Shown: piece after piece, positions 1 through 9,506 of the stretch
Layout of the letters: each line of letters opens with the position of its first letter
How positions within the stretch are numbered: the first letter of the stretch is position 1
Source of the DNA: Candidatus Bathyarchaeota archaeon
GTDB lineage: Archaea > Thermoproteota > Bathyarchaeia > Bathyarchaeales > Bathycorpusculaceae
Assembly (NCBI GenBank): GCA_963702095.1
Contig: OY969706.1
Span: 2,784,001 to 2,848,000 of the forward strand
Length of the DNA stretch: 64,000 bases
Direction of reading: 5' to 3'
Program-made: the position numbers and the translations under genes
The notes under the pieces: generated by a model
What the model was told of the DNA's origin: nothing
The model's input: only the letters and a program-made list of their open reading frames with translations
The model's database searches: none

Positions 1-1
1 T

Positions 2-376
2 GACTGCCACGGCGACCTCCACTCAGGCAACATCTTTGTCACGGATAAAATATGCATTTTCGACGCCATCGAATTCAACGACCGCTTCCGATACAGCGAC
101 GTCGTCTCAGACGTAGCTTTTCTGGCGATGGATTTGGATTACCAAAAAAGTAGCGACCTCGCCGACTACTTCATAGCGCAGTACATTGCCTACTCCAAAG
201 ATACCCAGCTAGAGCAGCTTTTGCCCTTCTACAAGTGCTACCGCGCCTACGTCCGCGGAAAAGTGGTTAGCTTCCGCCTCGACGACCCCCATATCGCCTT
301 CAAGGAAAAAGAGGCAGCGATCAATGAGGCATCGGCGTACTTCCGGCTAGCCGCAGAATACGCAAAAAACCTCTAA
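2..376 (+). CDS. APH/phosphotransferase-family protein (COG2187-like), C-terminal part; starts before window
   Basis: Frame 2 is open from position 2: DCHGDLHSGNIF...IFDAIEFNDRFRYSDVVSDVAFLAMDL (kinase HGDLH and D-x-IEF motifs). Confidence 0.85.
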   Translation, partial: DCHGDLHSGNIFVTDKICIFDAIEFNDRFRYSDVVSDVAFLAMDLDYQKSSDLADYFIAQYIAYSKDTQLEQLLPFYKCYRAYVRGKVVSFRLDDPHIAFKEKEAAINEASAYFRLAAEYAKNL

Positions 377-384
377 GCCAAAAC

Positions 385-1251
385 TCATTTGAATTGTTCG
401 GCAACCCAACTGGGAATGTCAAGTGTTCCCATCACCACTGGTTTCTGGTGGCAGTCGCTGCCGCCCGTTGCCAACAAACCGTTTTCTTTGGAGAACGTGC
501 GGTAGTGGCTGGTGGTTTCTGGGGTGTGCCTTGTATGCCAGCATTCGAGTCCGTCGATGTATAGCAGCATCGTCTCTTTGATTATGGCTGTTTGCTCCGC
601 CAAATCTTTCGTGTATGCTGCAAGTGAGGTTCCGTGGGGGTCGTTGCCATGCGCCAGCACCAATTTGCCGCCCGCGTCCCTGACAAGATTGGAGGCTTCT
701 TCAAGGTAGAGCGGGTACTTGGGCACATCACATTTGACGAGGTACCGGTCGAAGGCTTCCTGTCGGCCAGCCACAATTCCTTTCTTGACAAGGTAGTCGG
801 CGATGTGAGGTCTGCCCAAAGTGCCATCAACGGATTCCTCGATTTTGTGGAAGTCCTCCGCAGTTAAGGGGGCGATGTTTTCTTTTGCAAATTCGGTGTT
901 GAGGTTGTCGAGGATTTTGGCTGCGCGTTCCTGTCGGTACTGTGCCATCATGGCAAGCTTGTCCTTTAAAGCTGTGTTGTTTTGGTCGAACTGGTAGCCT
1001 AAGAAATCCAGCGAAACAGCTCTGCCTTCCTTGTATTTTGGGTTGGAGAAAGCGACGTTTAACTCTACGCCGGTGATGTAGCGTATGCCTGCTTTTTTTG
1101 CTTCGGCGATGGCTTGGGTTTGGCAGCTGATGTTGTCATGGTCACTTATCGCCATAAACTCGATGCCACGCGCTTTGGCTTCACCGATGATTTCTGGGAC
1201 GGTGAATTTGCCGTCGGAGGCAGCGGAGTGAATATGCATGTCAATATTCAT
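385..1251 (-). CDS. PHP domain metal-dependent phosphoesterase
   Basis: DMHIHS..SDG, ISDHD, GRPH, LAH and GGSDCH motifs. Confidence 0.9.
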   Translation of the reverse strand: MNIDMHIHSAASDGKFTVPEIIGEAKARGIEFMAISDHDNISCQTQAIAEAKKAGIRYITGVELNVAFSNPKYKEGRAVSLDFLGYQFDQNNTALKDKLAMMAQYRQERAAKILDNLNTEFAKENIAPLTAEDFHKIEESVDGTLGRPHIADYLVKKGIVAGRQEAFDRYLVKCDVPKYPLYLEEASNLVRDAGGKLVLAHGNDPHGTSLAAYTKDLAEQTAIIKETMLLYIDGLECWHTRHTPETTSHYRTFSKENGLLATGGSDCHQKPVVMGTLDIPSWVAEQFK

Positions 1252-1261
1252 GAGGTAGGGT

Positions 1262-1876
1262 TTACCTCTTTTCTTCTGCGATTATGAACCATTTTTCTTT
1301 TTCGTTGTGGCAGGTGTCAACGGTTAGGTGGGTGATTTTGAGGTTGGGATACTTTTTCTTTAGGGCGTCGATGTCTACGGGTTCGAACTTGCTTTTGTTG
1401 GCTAAGTAAGCCTCAGGTGTGAGGGCGTTGGACTCGTATTTTTCTTTAGTCCGCTTGCTTATCCTATTTAATGATACGTCCTGTGGGCAACTGGTTTGCA
1501 GGATGACAAAGGTCATGTTGTTTTTTTCTGCGACCTCAGCTGCCCGTTCACGCAGGTCTTGGGTGACAAAAGTCGCGTCTAATATCATGCCGCCTTCCTT
1601 GTCTTTGGCTGCCAACTCGTCTGCACGTCGGAACACTTCATCATAGACGGATAATCGCTTGTTCATGTTGCCTGCGACTTTGGCGTCGAAAATATCCTCG
1701 TTTTTGAGCACTTCTCGGCGGATTAAGTCGCTGCGTAAAATGGGGTACCCCTTGATCTTGGCTATTTCCTCTGAGGTTTCGGTTTTGTAGCTGGCAGGTA
1801 ACCCACAGGTAATCAGTAAGGTTCTGGGTTCAAGGTTTGCTTTGATAAAAGAGGTAAAAGGTTCCTTCATCATCAT
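1262..1876 (-). CDS. AAA_33 / COG0645-like P-loop kinase
   Basis: CGLPASYKT Walker-A-like, RSDLIRR, ILDATF. Confidence 0.8.
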   Translation of the reverse strand: MMMKEPFTSFIKANLEPRTLLITCGLPASYKTETSEEIAKIKGYPILRSDLIRREVLKNEDIFDAKVAGNMNKRLSVYDEVFRRADELAAKDKEGGMILDATFVTQDLRERAAEVAEKNNMTFVILQTSCPQDVSLNRISKRTKEKYESNALTPEAYLANKSKFEPVDIDALKKKYPNLKITHLTVDTCHNEKEKWFIIAEEKR

Positions 1877-2021
1877 ACACCCTAATACAGTTAGCTTAGG
1901 TTGGGGTGTACTTTAACTTTTTCCAGCTCAAGCGGGCCCTCGCCATACCTTGCACCTTATGAAACGTAGGTAAATTCTAAATAAGGAGGACAGCCACACT
2001 TTCGTAAAAGAAGGAACCCTC

Positions 2022-3278
2022 ATGGAAGAATTCCAAGTTAAAGACAGAAGCTTAGCACCTCAAGGATACTTACAGATTGAATGGGCAGCAAAACATATGC
2101 CCGTCCTAAACACAATAAAAGAACGTTTTGAAAAAGAAAAACCGCTCAAAGACCAAACCCTCGCCGCATGCCTCCACGTAACCAAGGAAACAGCGGTTCT
2201 CATCAAAGTTCTCATCGCCGGAGGCGCCAACGTCGCATTATGCGGTTCCAACCCGCTCTCAACCCAAGACGACGTAGCCGCAGCCTTAGCCGACAGCGGA
2301 GTGCACGTTTTTGCTTGGAGAGGCCAGAACACCGAAGACTACTACAAATGCATCGAGAAAGTCCTCGAATTCAAACCCACCATAACCATGGACGACGGCG
2401 CGGACGTCGTGGGCATGATTCATAGCAAACGCCAAGACCTCATCCCACTCATCAAAGGCGGAACCGAAGAAACCACCACCGGCGTAGTCCGCCTAAAAGC
2501 CATGGAAGTAGATGGGAGCCTCAAATACCCCATCGTAGCCGTCAACGAAGCCCTAACCAAGTACCTGTTTGACAACCGTTATGGCACGGGACAAAGCACC
2601 ATCGATGGTATCCTGCGTGCAACCTCCGTTTTGCTTGCTGGCAAGAACTTCGTCGTTGGAGGGTATGGCTGGTGCAGTCGAGGCATCGCCATGCGCGCAC
2701 AGGGTTTAGGCGCAAACGTCATAGTCACCGAAGTCCAACCTACCCGTGCACTTGAAGCCGTCATGAACGGGCTACGCGTTATGCCTATGTCTGAAGCAGC
2801 AGCAATAGGCGACATATTCGCCACTGCAACAGGCGATATCCATGTTATCCGTAAAGAGCATATGGAGAAAATGAAGGACGGAGCAATAATGTGCAACAGC
2901 GGCCACTTCAACGTGGAAATAAACGTGCCACAGTTGGAGTCGATGTCGATTTCTCATCGCACGATGCGTGCCAACATGGAGGAGTACACGCTAAAAGACG
3001 GCAGGCGCCTCTATTTGCTCGCTGAAGGCAGACTGGTGAATTTAGCCGCGGCTGAAGGTCACCCCTCAGAAGTCATGGACATGTCGTTTGCTAATCAGGC
3101 ACTGTGCGCTGAATACATCGCCAAATCCGATAAATTGCAAACCAAAGTTTACGTTGTGCCAAAAGACATAGACGAAAAAATAGCTGAGCTCAAGCTGCAG
3201 AGTATGGGCATCAAGATCGACGAGTTGACAGATGAACAGAAAAAGTACCTTTCCACATGGGAAATGGGCACAACCTGA
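2022..3278 (+). CDS. ahcY: adenosylhomocysteinase
   Basis: [46 protein letters not shown] signatures. Confidence 0.97.
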   Translation: MEEFQVKDRSLAPQGYLQIEWAAKHMPVLNTIKERFEKEKPLKDQTLAACLHVTKETAVLIKVLIAGGANVALCGSNPLSTQDDVAAALADSGVHVFAWRGQNTEDYYKCIEKVLEFKPTITMDDGADVVGMIHSKRQDLIPLIKGGTEETTTGVVRLKAMEVDGSLKYPIVAVNEALTKYLFDNRYGTGQSTIDGILRATSVLLAGKNFVVGGYGWCSRGIAMRAQGLGANVIVTEVQPTRALEAVMNGLRVMPMSEAAAIGDIFATATGDIHVIRKEHMEKMKDGAIMCNSGHFNVEINVPQLESMSISHRTMRANMEEYTLKDGRRLYLLAEGRLVNLAAAEGHPSEVMDMSFANQALCAEYIAKSDKLQTKVYVVPKDIDEKIAELKLQSMGIKIDELTDEQKKYLSTWEMGTT

Positions 3279-3356
3279 TAGTGACTAGCTCGTAAAACAT
3301 AACAAACTTTAAATTGATTAAGCGAATACATGGCTACTAAAGTGGTGAATCACTAA

Positions 3357-3728
3357 ATGGTTAGCAAAGATCAAGGAATAGGTGGAGCAATACTCGTCGT
3401 TTGCGTAGTCGTCGCTATCGGCTACATAGTTGCACTTTTCGGTTACCCATGGCTACAGGATAATGTCTCGTGGCTTAACGTTGGCTCTGCAGCTGATGTC
3501 AGATTCTGGCTCATCGCTATACCTGTGTTCGTAGCATTCGTTGCTATACTCTTCATCGGCGCATGGATTGGCTGGACAATGGCAACAACACCCCCGCCAA
3601 AACCAATCGAAGAAATCACAACAGAGATCGAAGACAAGAAACCTGAACCTGCCCCAGAACCAGTTGCCCCAGCAGCCCCTGAACCGGTAGCCACCGAAGA
3701 TAAACCAGTTGCTAAGAAAAAGAAATAA
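3357..3728 (+). CDS. small two-TM membrane protein with Pro/Glu-rich tail
   Basis: Two hydrophobic helices, WIGWTMATTPPPKPIEE; GGTGA RBS and U-rich terminator. Confidence 0.75.
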   Translation: MVSKDQGIGGAILVVCVVVAIGYIVALFGYPWLQDNVSWLNVGSAADVRFWLIAIPVFVAFVAILFIGAWIGWTMATTPPPKPIEEITTEIEDKKPEPAPEPVAPAAPEPVATEDKPVAKKKK

Positions 3729-3770
3729 GCAAACTTATTTTTCTTTTATTCATTTTTCTTTTTTAGTTTA
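3729..3770 (+). terminator. oligo-U archaeal terminator
   Basis: ttatttttcttttattcatttttctttttt immediately after the stop codon. Confidence 0.6.
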
Positions 3771-3822
3771 TTCTCACACAGCCACGGTGACGCCGTTAGT
3801 CTGCCGTTGAAGCGCTTGAGTG

Positions 3823-4182
3823 TTATTGTTCATGCATCTTCTTTAACATGCACTCAACTATGCTTTTACACACTAAACATTCATCTGGTATCTGCTCCTT
3901 ATTTGCCCGCTCACTAAGATAGCCAAGATGATGCCCGCAACCTGCTTCCACCCCGCTCTTTGATGGACCGCTACTTCCTTCCTTTGCCTTCTTAGTCTGG
4001 ACTGGTTTTGGCTCTTTTTTCTCTTGCTCTACATCTTTAATCTTTGTTAAGCAGTAAGGGCAGGCAAAGTAGGGTTCGGTTGGATTCTGCTGCAGATTAA
4101 GCGTTTTTAGCGGTGTGGTGAATGTTTTTTTGCATGAAGAATTCGGACATGTGAACGTTTTAGATTCTACCATGGGTCCCAC
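3823..4182 (-). CDS. small Cys-rich two-domain putative zinc-binding protein
   Basis: CPNSSC...CPYC plus CGHHLGYL...IPDECLVC..IVECM. Confidence 0.75.
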   Translation of the reverse strand: MGPMVESKTFTCPNSSCKKTFTTPLKTLNLQQNPTEPYFACPYCLTKIKDVEQEKKEPKPVQTKKAKEGSSGPSKSGVEAGCGHHLGYLSERANKEQIPDECLVCKSIVECMLKKMHEQ

Positions 4183-4249
4183 GGATGTAATTCAGAGTAA
4201 CTGCTAATAGGTGTCTTGGCTTAAAGAGTTGATGAATCCAAAATAAGTA

Positions 4250-5452
4250 TTAGGTTTCTTCTTCATTGCATGTCCGGGTTGGGGAAGCAAGCTTTTTGAG
4301 TGCATCCGCACCTTCGGCGTATCCGCTGGCAACTAACACGTCGCCGACTTGAATCCTAGAATCAGGCCATGGCCGCAAACAGGTGTCGTCACGTTTGATA
4401 ACTAGAACCCACATACCTGTATCGTCGTGCACACGTGCTTCTTTTAGGGTCTTGCCTACCAGCGACGAATCAGAAGTCACACAGGCCTGTGTAACAGTCT
4501 CCTCTGCCTCTTTAATTGTCAACTGTAGAATCGGATGCGGCTCCACCCCCCGCAGGACAACCTCCGCCATGTCTGCGGCGGCATCCGCGATTTTTTCAGT
4601 GGCTACTCCGAGGCGGATTAAACCCAGAAAGCCAGGGGCTTCTTCCTTCTTAAAATCGCTGGTTAACGCTAGCAATTCAAAGTTTGTATGCAACTGGTCC
4701 ATGCGTTCCTCTAGCCGCATAACTTCCGCAGCTAACTCTTTACTGTTAAGCATCAAAGCCGAGTAGGCGAGATCCATCATCAATTCAGAGGTGTCTTTTA
4801 ACTCAACGAATCTTGAGACTATTTCCTCGAATTTAGCACGTTTATCAGTGTCAAGGGTGGTCAGTGAGCCCTCGGCTAGGTCTTTGAATTCTTCGATACC
4901 TGAGGGTGCCCCGCGTGTGATTAGGGTGTCTCCTTCAAAGACTATTTCGTCCTCTTTTGGGTTTAGTATCCAATCGTGATTTCGGCGGATTGCAATTATG
5001 TCTACTCCCATTTCGGTAGCAAGGTGGAGTTCGCCGATTTTTTTCTTGACCAAGGTGGAGTTAGGTTTAACGGTGACTTTTATTAGGCGCTCTTCAACTT
5101 TCTCAAAAATTCTACCTACTATAGGGTGGATGCCTATGTTGTTGATTACGATGGCGGCTATGTCGGCCGCTGCATCTGAGATTTTATCCGCTGATGCCGC
5201 AACGGTTGAAACTCCGATAAGTTGCTCTGCGTCCTTGGGGTCTCTGACAGCAACCATAATTTCCATGTCAAGGAGATATGCTAAATTGTCAACTCTATCC
5301 TCTAGTGCCAGCACATCCTCAGCTAGGTCTTTGTCGTTGTATAATGCTGCCGAGTACGCTAAATCGATCATTAACTCGGAGAGGTTTTTCATTTCTAAGA
5401 GGAGTTCTCTTACGGAGATGGGTTTGTACTCTATTTTCTCGTATTTATGCAA
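4250..5452 (-). CDS. tandem PhoU-like + TrkA-C (RCK_C) domain protein
   Basis: Internal duplication (SELMIDLAYSA / SELMMDLAYSA), each half followed by a TrkA-C domain (GVDIIAIRR; GMWVLVIKR). Confidence 0.88.
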   Translation of the reverse strand: MHKYEKIEYKPISVRELLLEMKNLSELMIDLAYSAALYNDKDLAEDVLALEDRVDNLAYLLDMEIMVAVRDPKDAEQLIGVSTVAASADKISDAAADIAAIVINNIGIHPIVGRIFEKVEERLIKVTVKPNSTLVKKKIGELHLATEMGVDIIAIRRNHDWILNPKEDEIVFEGDTLITRGAPSGIEEFKDLAEGSLTTLDTDKRAKFEEIVSRFVELKDTSELMMDLAYSALMLNSKELAAEVMRLEERMDQLHTNFELLALTSDFKKEEAPGFLGLIRLGVATEKIADAAADMAEVVLRGVEPHPILQLTIKEAEETVTQACVTSDSSLVGKTLKEARVHDDTGMWVLVIKRDDTCLRPWPDSRIQVGDVLVASGYAEGADALKKLASPTRTCNEEET

Positions 5453-5508
5453 TGTTAAAGGAGCGCTCCAAAAATAGTATTCCCTATTCTAGCATATTTC
5501 ATTTATGC

Positions 5509-6672
5509 TCAATGAAAGAGTAAGAGCAAAGTTACAAACAACGCCATGGTTGTGAGGGCATCAGCAACACAGCTTCCCACTGGTATGACGAAATTGTCCG
5601 GGTCTAAGCCACGTTTAAACGTTAGAATGGCTTGGCTAAAAGAAAAGACCGCTATGGCGGAGAACGCAATAACGTTTGAAATTACGAGAATAACCATTAG
5701 AGTTGTTAATCCGTTAAGTGTGAACAAGCCGTTTATGGCAAGTGACAACACTCCCACCACAACAAACAAAACCAAAGTGCTTGCCCAGGCGCTTAAGATG
5801 TTTTTGGCATGCTGCTTTATGGAGCTAAAGTTGGGCGTAAGTATTCCCAGTGCAAGCTTAACGGTGGCAGCTGACCCGACAACTAAGCCTGCGTCGCCTA
5901 TAGTGTCAATCATAGGTGGGTAGATAGTGTAGATTTCTCGGTTGCCCCCCGCTAAGTCACTTATGCCTTTGAACAGTGTTCCGGTTATGTTTACGGTGAA
6001 AGCGATAAGAAGCATAGTGGGAAGGGATTCTCTTAGGATTCGGTGGAACTCTTTTTCTTTGATGTTTTGGGGTAAAATGAACAAGACCAAGACGACATTG
6101 ATTAACCCAAAGAGTATAATCGCCCATTGCCAACCAGTGGAGAAATAGATTCTTAGCACAGCGATGTAGAGGAAAGTTATTAAGATGTTGGCTAGGGTGG
6201 AGACCGCGGGGTAAACGATGGTGTCGGGGTCTAAGCTGCGTTTGAAAGAGAAAAATGTAAACCAAACAGTCATTAGGGCAACTAAAAGCCCCAGAGAAAG
6301 CGTCGCCACCATAACCGTGAGGATAGCCGCAAAATCGGAAATTGCTATACCCCAAAACAGGGTTCCGAAGAGCATGGCGATGACACTAATTGTTGCGCTC
6401 GTGCCTAATGTTAAAACAATCATGGCTCCGATGAGTTTGTAGAAGGGTTTGGTGTTGCCTAAGAATCTGGGGTAGATTGTGCCCAGATGCAGGGCAGTGC
6501 TTAGGCGACCTGTAAGTAACCCAGTGATGACGCCTTTAACGCTTAACACGGCGGGGTAGAGCGCTATAGCCCAAGGTGTAAGATGGAAAAGCCCCAGTTG
6601 CAGGGCAATCATGAAACCCGCGATTAAGCTGCCAATGTCAAAGATGCATGCTAGCGAAGTCTCTTTAAACAT
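5509..6672 (-). CDS. mgtE: MgtE/SLC41-type divalent cation transporter (duplicated membrane domain)
   Basis: RLSTALHLG, LDPDT and GLDPDN motifs; about 10 TM segments; start may lie slightly upstream. Confidence 0.85.
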   Translation of the reverse strand: MFKETSLACIFDIGSLIAGFMIALQLGLFHLTPWAIALYPAVLSVKGVITGLLTGRLSTALHLGTIYPRFLGNTKPFYKLIGAMIVLTLGTSATISVIAMLFGTLFWGIAISDFAAILTVMVATLSLGLLVALMTVWFTFFSFKRSLDPDTIVYPAVSTLANILITFLYIAVLRIYFSTGWQWAIILFGLINVVLVLFILPQNIKEKEFHRILRESLPTMLLIAFTVNITGTLFKGISDLAGGNREIYTIYPPMIDTIGDAGLVVGSAATVKLALGILTPNFSSIKQHAKNILSAWASTLVLFVVVGVLSLAINGLFTLNGLTTLMVILVISNVIAFSAIAVFSFSQAILTFKRGLDPDNFVIPVGSCVADALTTMALFVTLLLLFH

Positions 6673-6756
6673 CCCAAAGAAACTTTGAGAGATGCCAGCA
6701 TGTGCTATGCCCGAGTCCCCCTAAAATAGGGTTTCCTTGCGTTACAGACAAAAGGC

Positions 6757-6874
6757 GCAGTTGCGGCGTATTGGTATCTTTGGATGGTTGCCGCTATACC
6801 TGCCATTGACTTATCAGTTGTGTGGACTTCCATCATAGTTTACGCCCTGCCGTGTTTGGCGGTCCACAGTCAAT
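6757..6874 (-). ncRNA. candidate structured cis-regulatory RNA upstream of mgtE
   Basis: Nested stems ATTGACT/AGTCAAT and TGTGGAC/GTCCACA; second domain GCAG/CTGC and GCGGC/GCCGC enclosing ATC-CAAA-GAT-ACCAAT. Confidence 0.4.
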
Positions 6875-6911
6875 TCACACAAGCGCCGATTTAGTGGCCT
6901 GCCATGCCTGT

Positions 6912-9036
6912 TTAACTGCCAGCTGAAGTTTTTGGAAGAGAGCTTTGGCTTAAATAGTTTTTCGGTTGATAAACACACCATGGGTCTTCACCTAAGTAAT
7001 CTCTCTTCTGGTCTCCTGGAACGTGGAGGTCGCCGCAGTAATCGATGAAGTCACTTGAGAGTCCATAAGCCCGGGCTCGGCAACCGCCGCATATCTGTTT
7101 GTATTCGCATGCGCCGCATTTGCCTTTGAGGCAGTCGAGGTTGCGGAGGTTCTTGAAGACTGGTGAGTTAAACCAGATGTCTTTGAAGCTTTGTTCGCGA
7201 ACGTTGCCCAGTTTGATTGGCAGGTAGGGGCAGGGTGTTACGTCGCCGTTGGGGTAGATGCGGCAGTAGTGTAAGCCTGCAATGCAGCCTCTTATCCACT
7301 GCCTCATATCCAAACCCATGCCTTTAGCTATACGCATGAACTGTGGTGCACATGAGGGGCGTACATTCAACCTGTGGCGATGTACCTTACTGAAGGTGCT
7401 GGTTATCATGTCTTCGTATTTTTGCGGCGAAATGTCTGTTAGTTTTTTGCCACGGCCTGTGGGGACCAAGAAAAAGAGATGAAAGTTTTCTACGCCGATG
7501 GATTCTGCCAGCGTCATGATATCGTCAATTTGATCGTAGTTTTCATGGGTTAGGGTTGTGTTGACCTGGACAAGAACATTGTTTTTACGTAGGGCTTTGC
7601 AGGCGTTGACTGCTTTTTCCCATGCGCCCTCGACTCCTCGGAATTCATCGTGCTGGGCTGGAATGTTTGAATCTAAACTGATGGAAACGGTGGCTATGCC
7701 TGATTTTTTGAGTTTTCTCAGCCACAGAGTCATCGATCAAGTAGCCGTTGCTTCCCAATCCCATCTTTAAGCCTTTAGCTGAACCATATTCGATGAGCTC
7801 AAAAATATCTGGACGCAGAAGCGGTTCACCGCCGCTAAGAACCAGTAGTGGTCTGCTGACCTCATAGATCTGGTCCATGAGATGTTTGCCTTCTTTGGTG
7901 GTAAGTTCGTTGATGAGTTTAGTGTCGGTGGCATTGATGTAGCAGTGGCTGCATTTCATGTTGCATTCGCGGGTAACGTTCCACGACATGATTAGGGGGA
8001 CAAACCGCTGGGTTTGGTCTGCTTGGGGTGAATAAGCCATTTTTAGGTAGTACTCGCATATGCCCTCGTTTGCCATAAGTTTAGGCTGCCACAGCGTAAA
8101 CGGGAAAGGCAAAACCGTGTCAAGCATAGCTTTGGCATGGGCAAAACAGAAGTGCTTACAGAACAAGGTGGAAACCGCGGGGTCAATGCCATATTTTTCT
8201 TGTGCAACCTTGTGGCTGCCATAGATGGGGCAGTTGAGGAACTCCATTTTGCCGTCGAGTTTTTCTCCGCTCATGTTCATGTTGATATAGTGGTCGCTTA
8301 GCATCACGGACTGCAGTTTTTCCCGGCGCATGCCAACTTTTAGGGTTACGTCAAGGGCGATGTCGACGGTTTCCTGCCCGAAAGTGTCCTGCACCTGCTC
8401 CATCGCCGCCTCCACTTTAGCATATCCAAAAGATTTGACGAGTTCAGTTAAGACGAGTAAGCCTTTGATGGTTTCATATTCTTGGATGAGCCTCATGAGT
8501 ATGACTTGTTCTGCCCACTCCCCGAACAACTCCTCCAGCGCCGGACCTGCTTTGGCATCTCCACGGGTCAGTTGTGTCTCAACTTGCCTCTGTTTTTGTT
8601 TTAGCTTATTGAAGAGACTGATTTTTTCTTGACTGTCCAGGTACTTGATTGCGCTGATTTTTTTTGCGTCAAAGTTGAGAACCATGAATTCCTTGAGGAG
8701 CTCTTGTGCGTCGCAGTAGAATTCACAGTAGATTCTGCTCAATGGTGTGGATATGTTGGGTAACTCTACTTTCAGTTCGTCGAGAAGAACCTTGGTTTCC
8801 GACTCCATCTTTGTAACCATAGCCATATGGTAGAGCAGTGAACCCGCCATGCCTGGGTCAGCCTGTTTTCCACTGGATACTCCCGTGAAAATTTGGTTGA
8901 CTAATTTTAGGGCTAAGTCAACATCTTCTTTTTCGATGGCGCATAAAGCTTGGTCTAGTTTGGCTTTGCGTTCGATTAAGAGTTGAGCCCATTTATGGCA
9001 GTGTCTAACATCAAAGTTTGTCATGCCCTTCCACAC
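6912..9036 (-). pseudogene. AhbD/NirJ-like radical SAM/SPASM protein with about 340-aa N-terminal extension; single +1 frameshift near 7713-7716
   Basis: ORF 7645-9036 carries CNMKCSHC and SGGEP; ORF 6912-7733 carries LFFLVPTGRG, PSCAPQF and the SPASM cysteines. Removing one A from gagAAAActc restores ...VAEKLKKSG. Confidence 0.8.
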
Positions 9037-9151
9037 CCATAACGCAATAAGAGTCTTCTATGTAAGTAAAAAAAGCTAACGGTACTCAAACAGCCATACC
9101 GTACTGCATCCATATGAGAAGCAAGAATTAGATAAACTAATTAAGCTCCAA

Positions 9152-9490
9152 ATGAAACATAGCCACTTAAGATGGGTGAACCGTTTGAATTTAGACGCTA
9201 ATCTACTTAACCTAATTTTTGCTTTAGCTGGCTTCCTCGTAATGATGGGTATACTCGGCGGCATAGGCATCAACAAACCCCGCGGAATGAGCGTGAAAAT
9301 GTGGTGCACTGGCTACTTGGGCGTAGCAGTCGGCTTCGACATTTTAGCCCTCATTGGATTGATTGGCGGTTACACTTGGCTGACTTATCTGCTGGTCGGT
9401 CTCTCTGCAGGCGCCGCAACAGGTTTAGGCCTCCACGTTATGCATCATATCAATGAGGAAAATGAACATCCCACGATGATGGGACTTTAG
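9152..9490 (+). CDS. small three-TM membrane protein with His-rich C-terminus
   Basis: Hydrophobic helices; GLGLHVMHHINEENEH; start probably near 9176-9185. Confidence 0.7.
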   Translation: MKHSHLRWVNRLNLDANLLNLIFALAGFLVMMGILGGIGINKPRGMSVKMWCTGYLGVAVGFDILALIGLIGGYTWLTYLLVGLSAGAATGLGLHVMHHINEENEHPTMMGL

Positions 9491-9506
9491 TTTTTTCCTA
9501 ATTTTT

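Noticed and set aside
1876-1910. Inverted repeat TACACCCTAA...TTGGGGTGTA
   Set aside because: A single imperfect instance; could be an operator but has no further support.
6800-6840. Fluoride riboswitch or complete box C/D sRNA
   Set aside because: Only partial motifs; no pseudoknot partner and no C'/D boxes.
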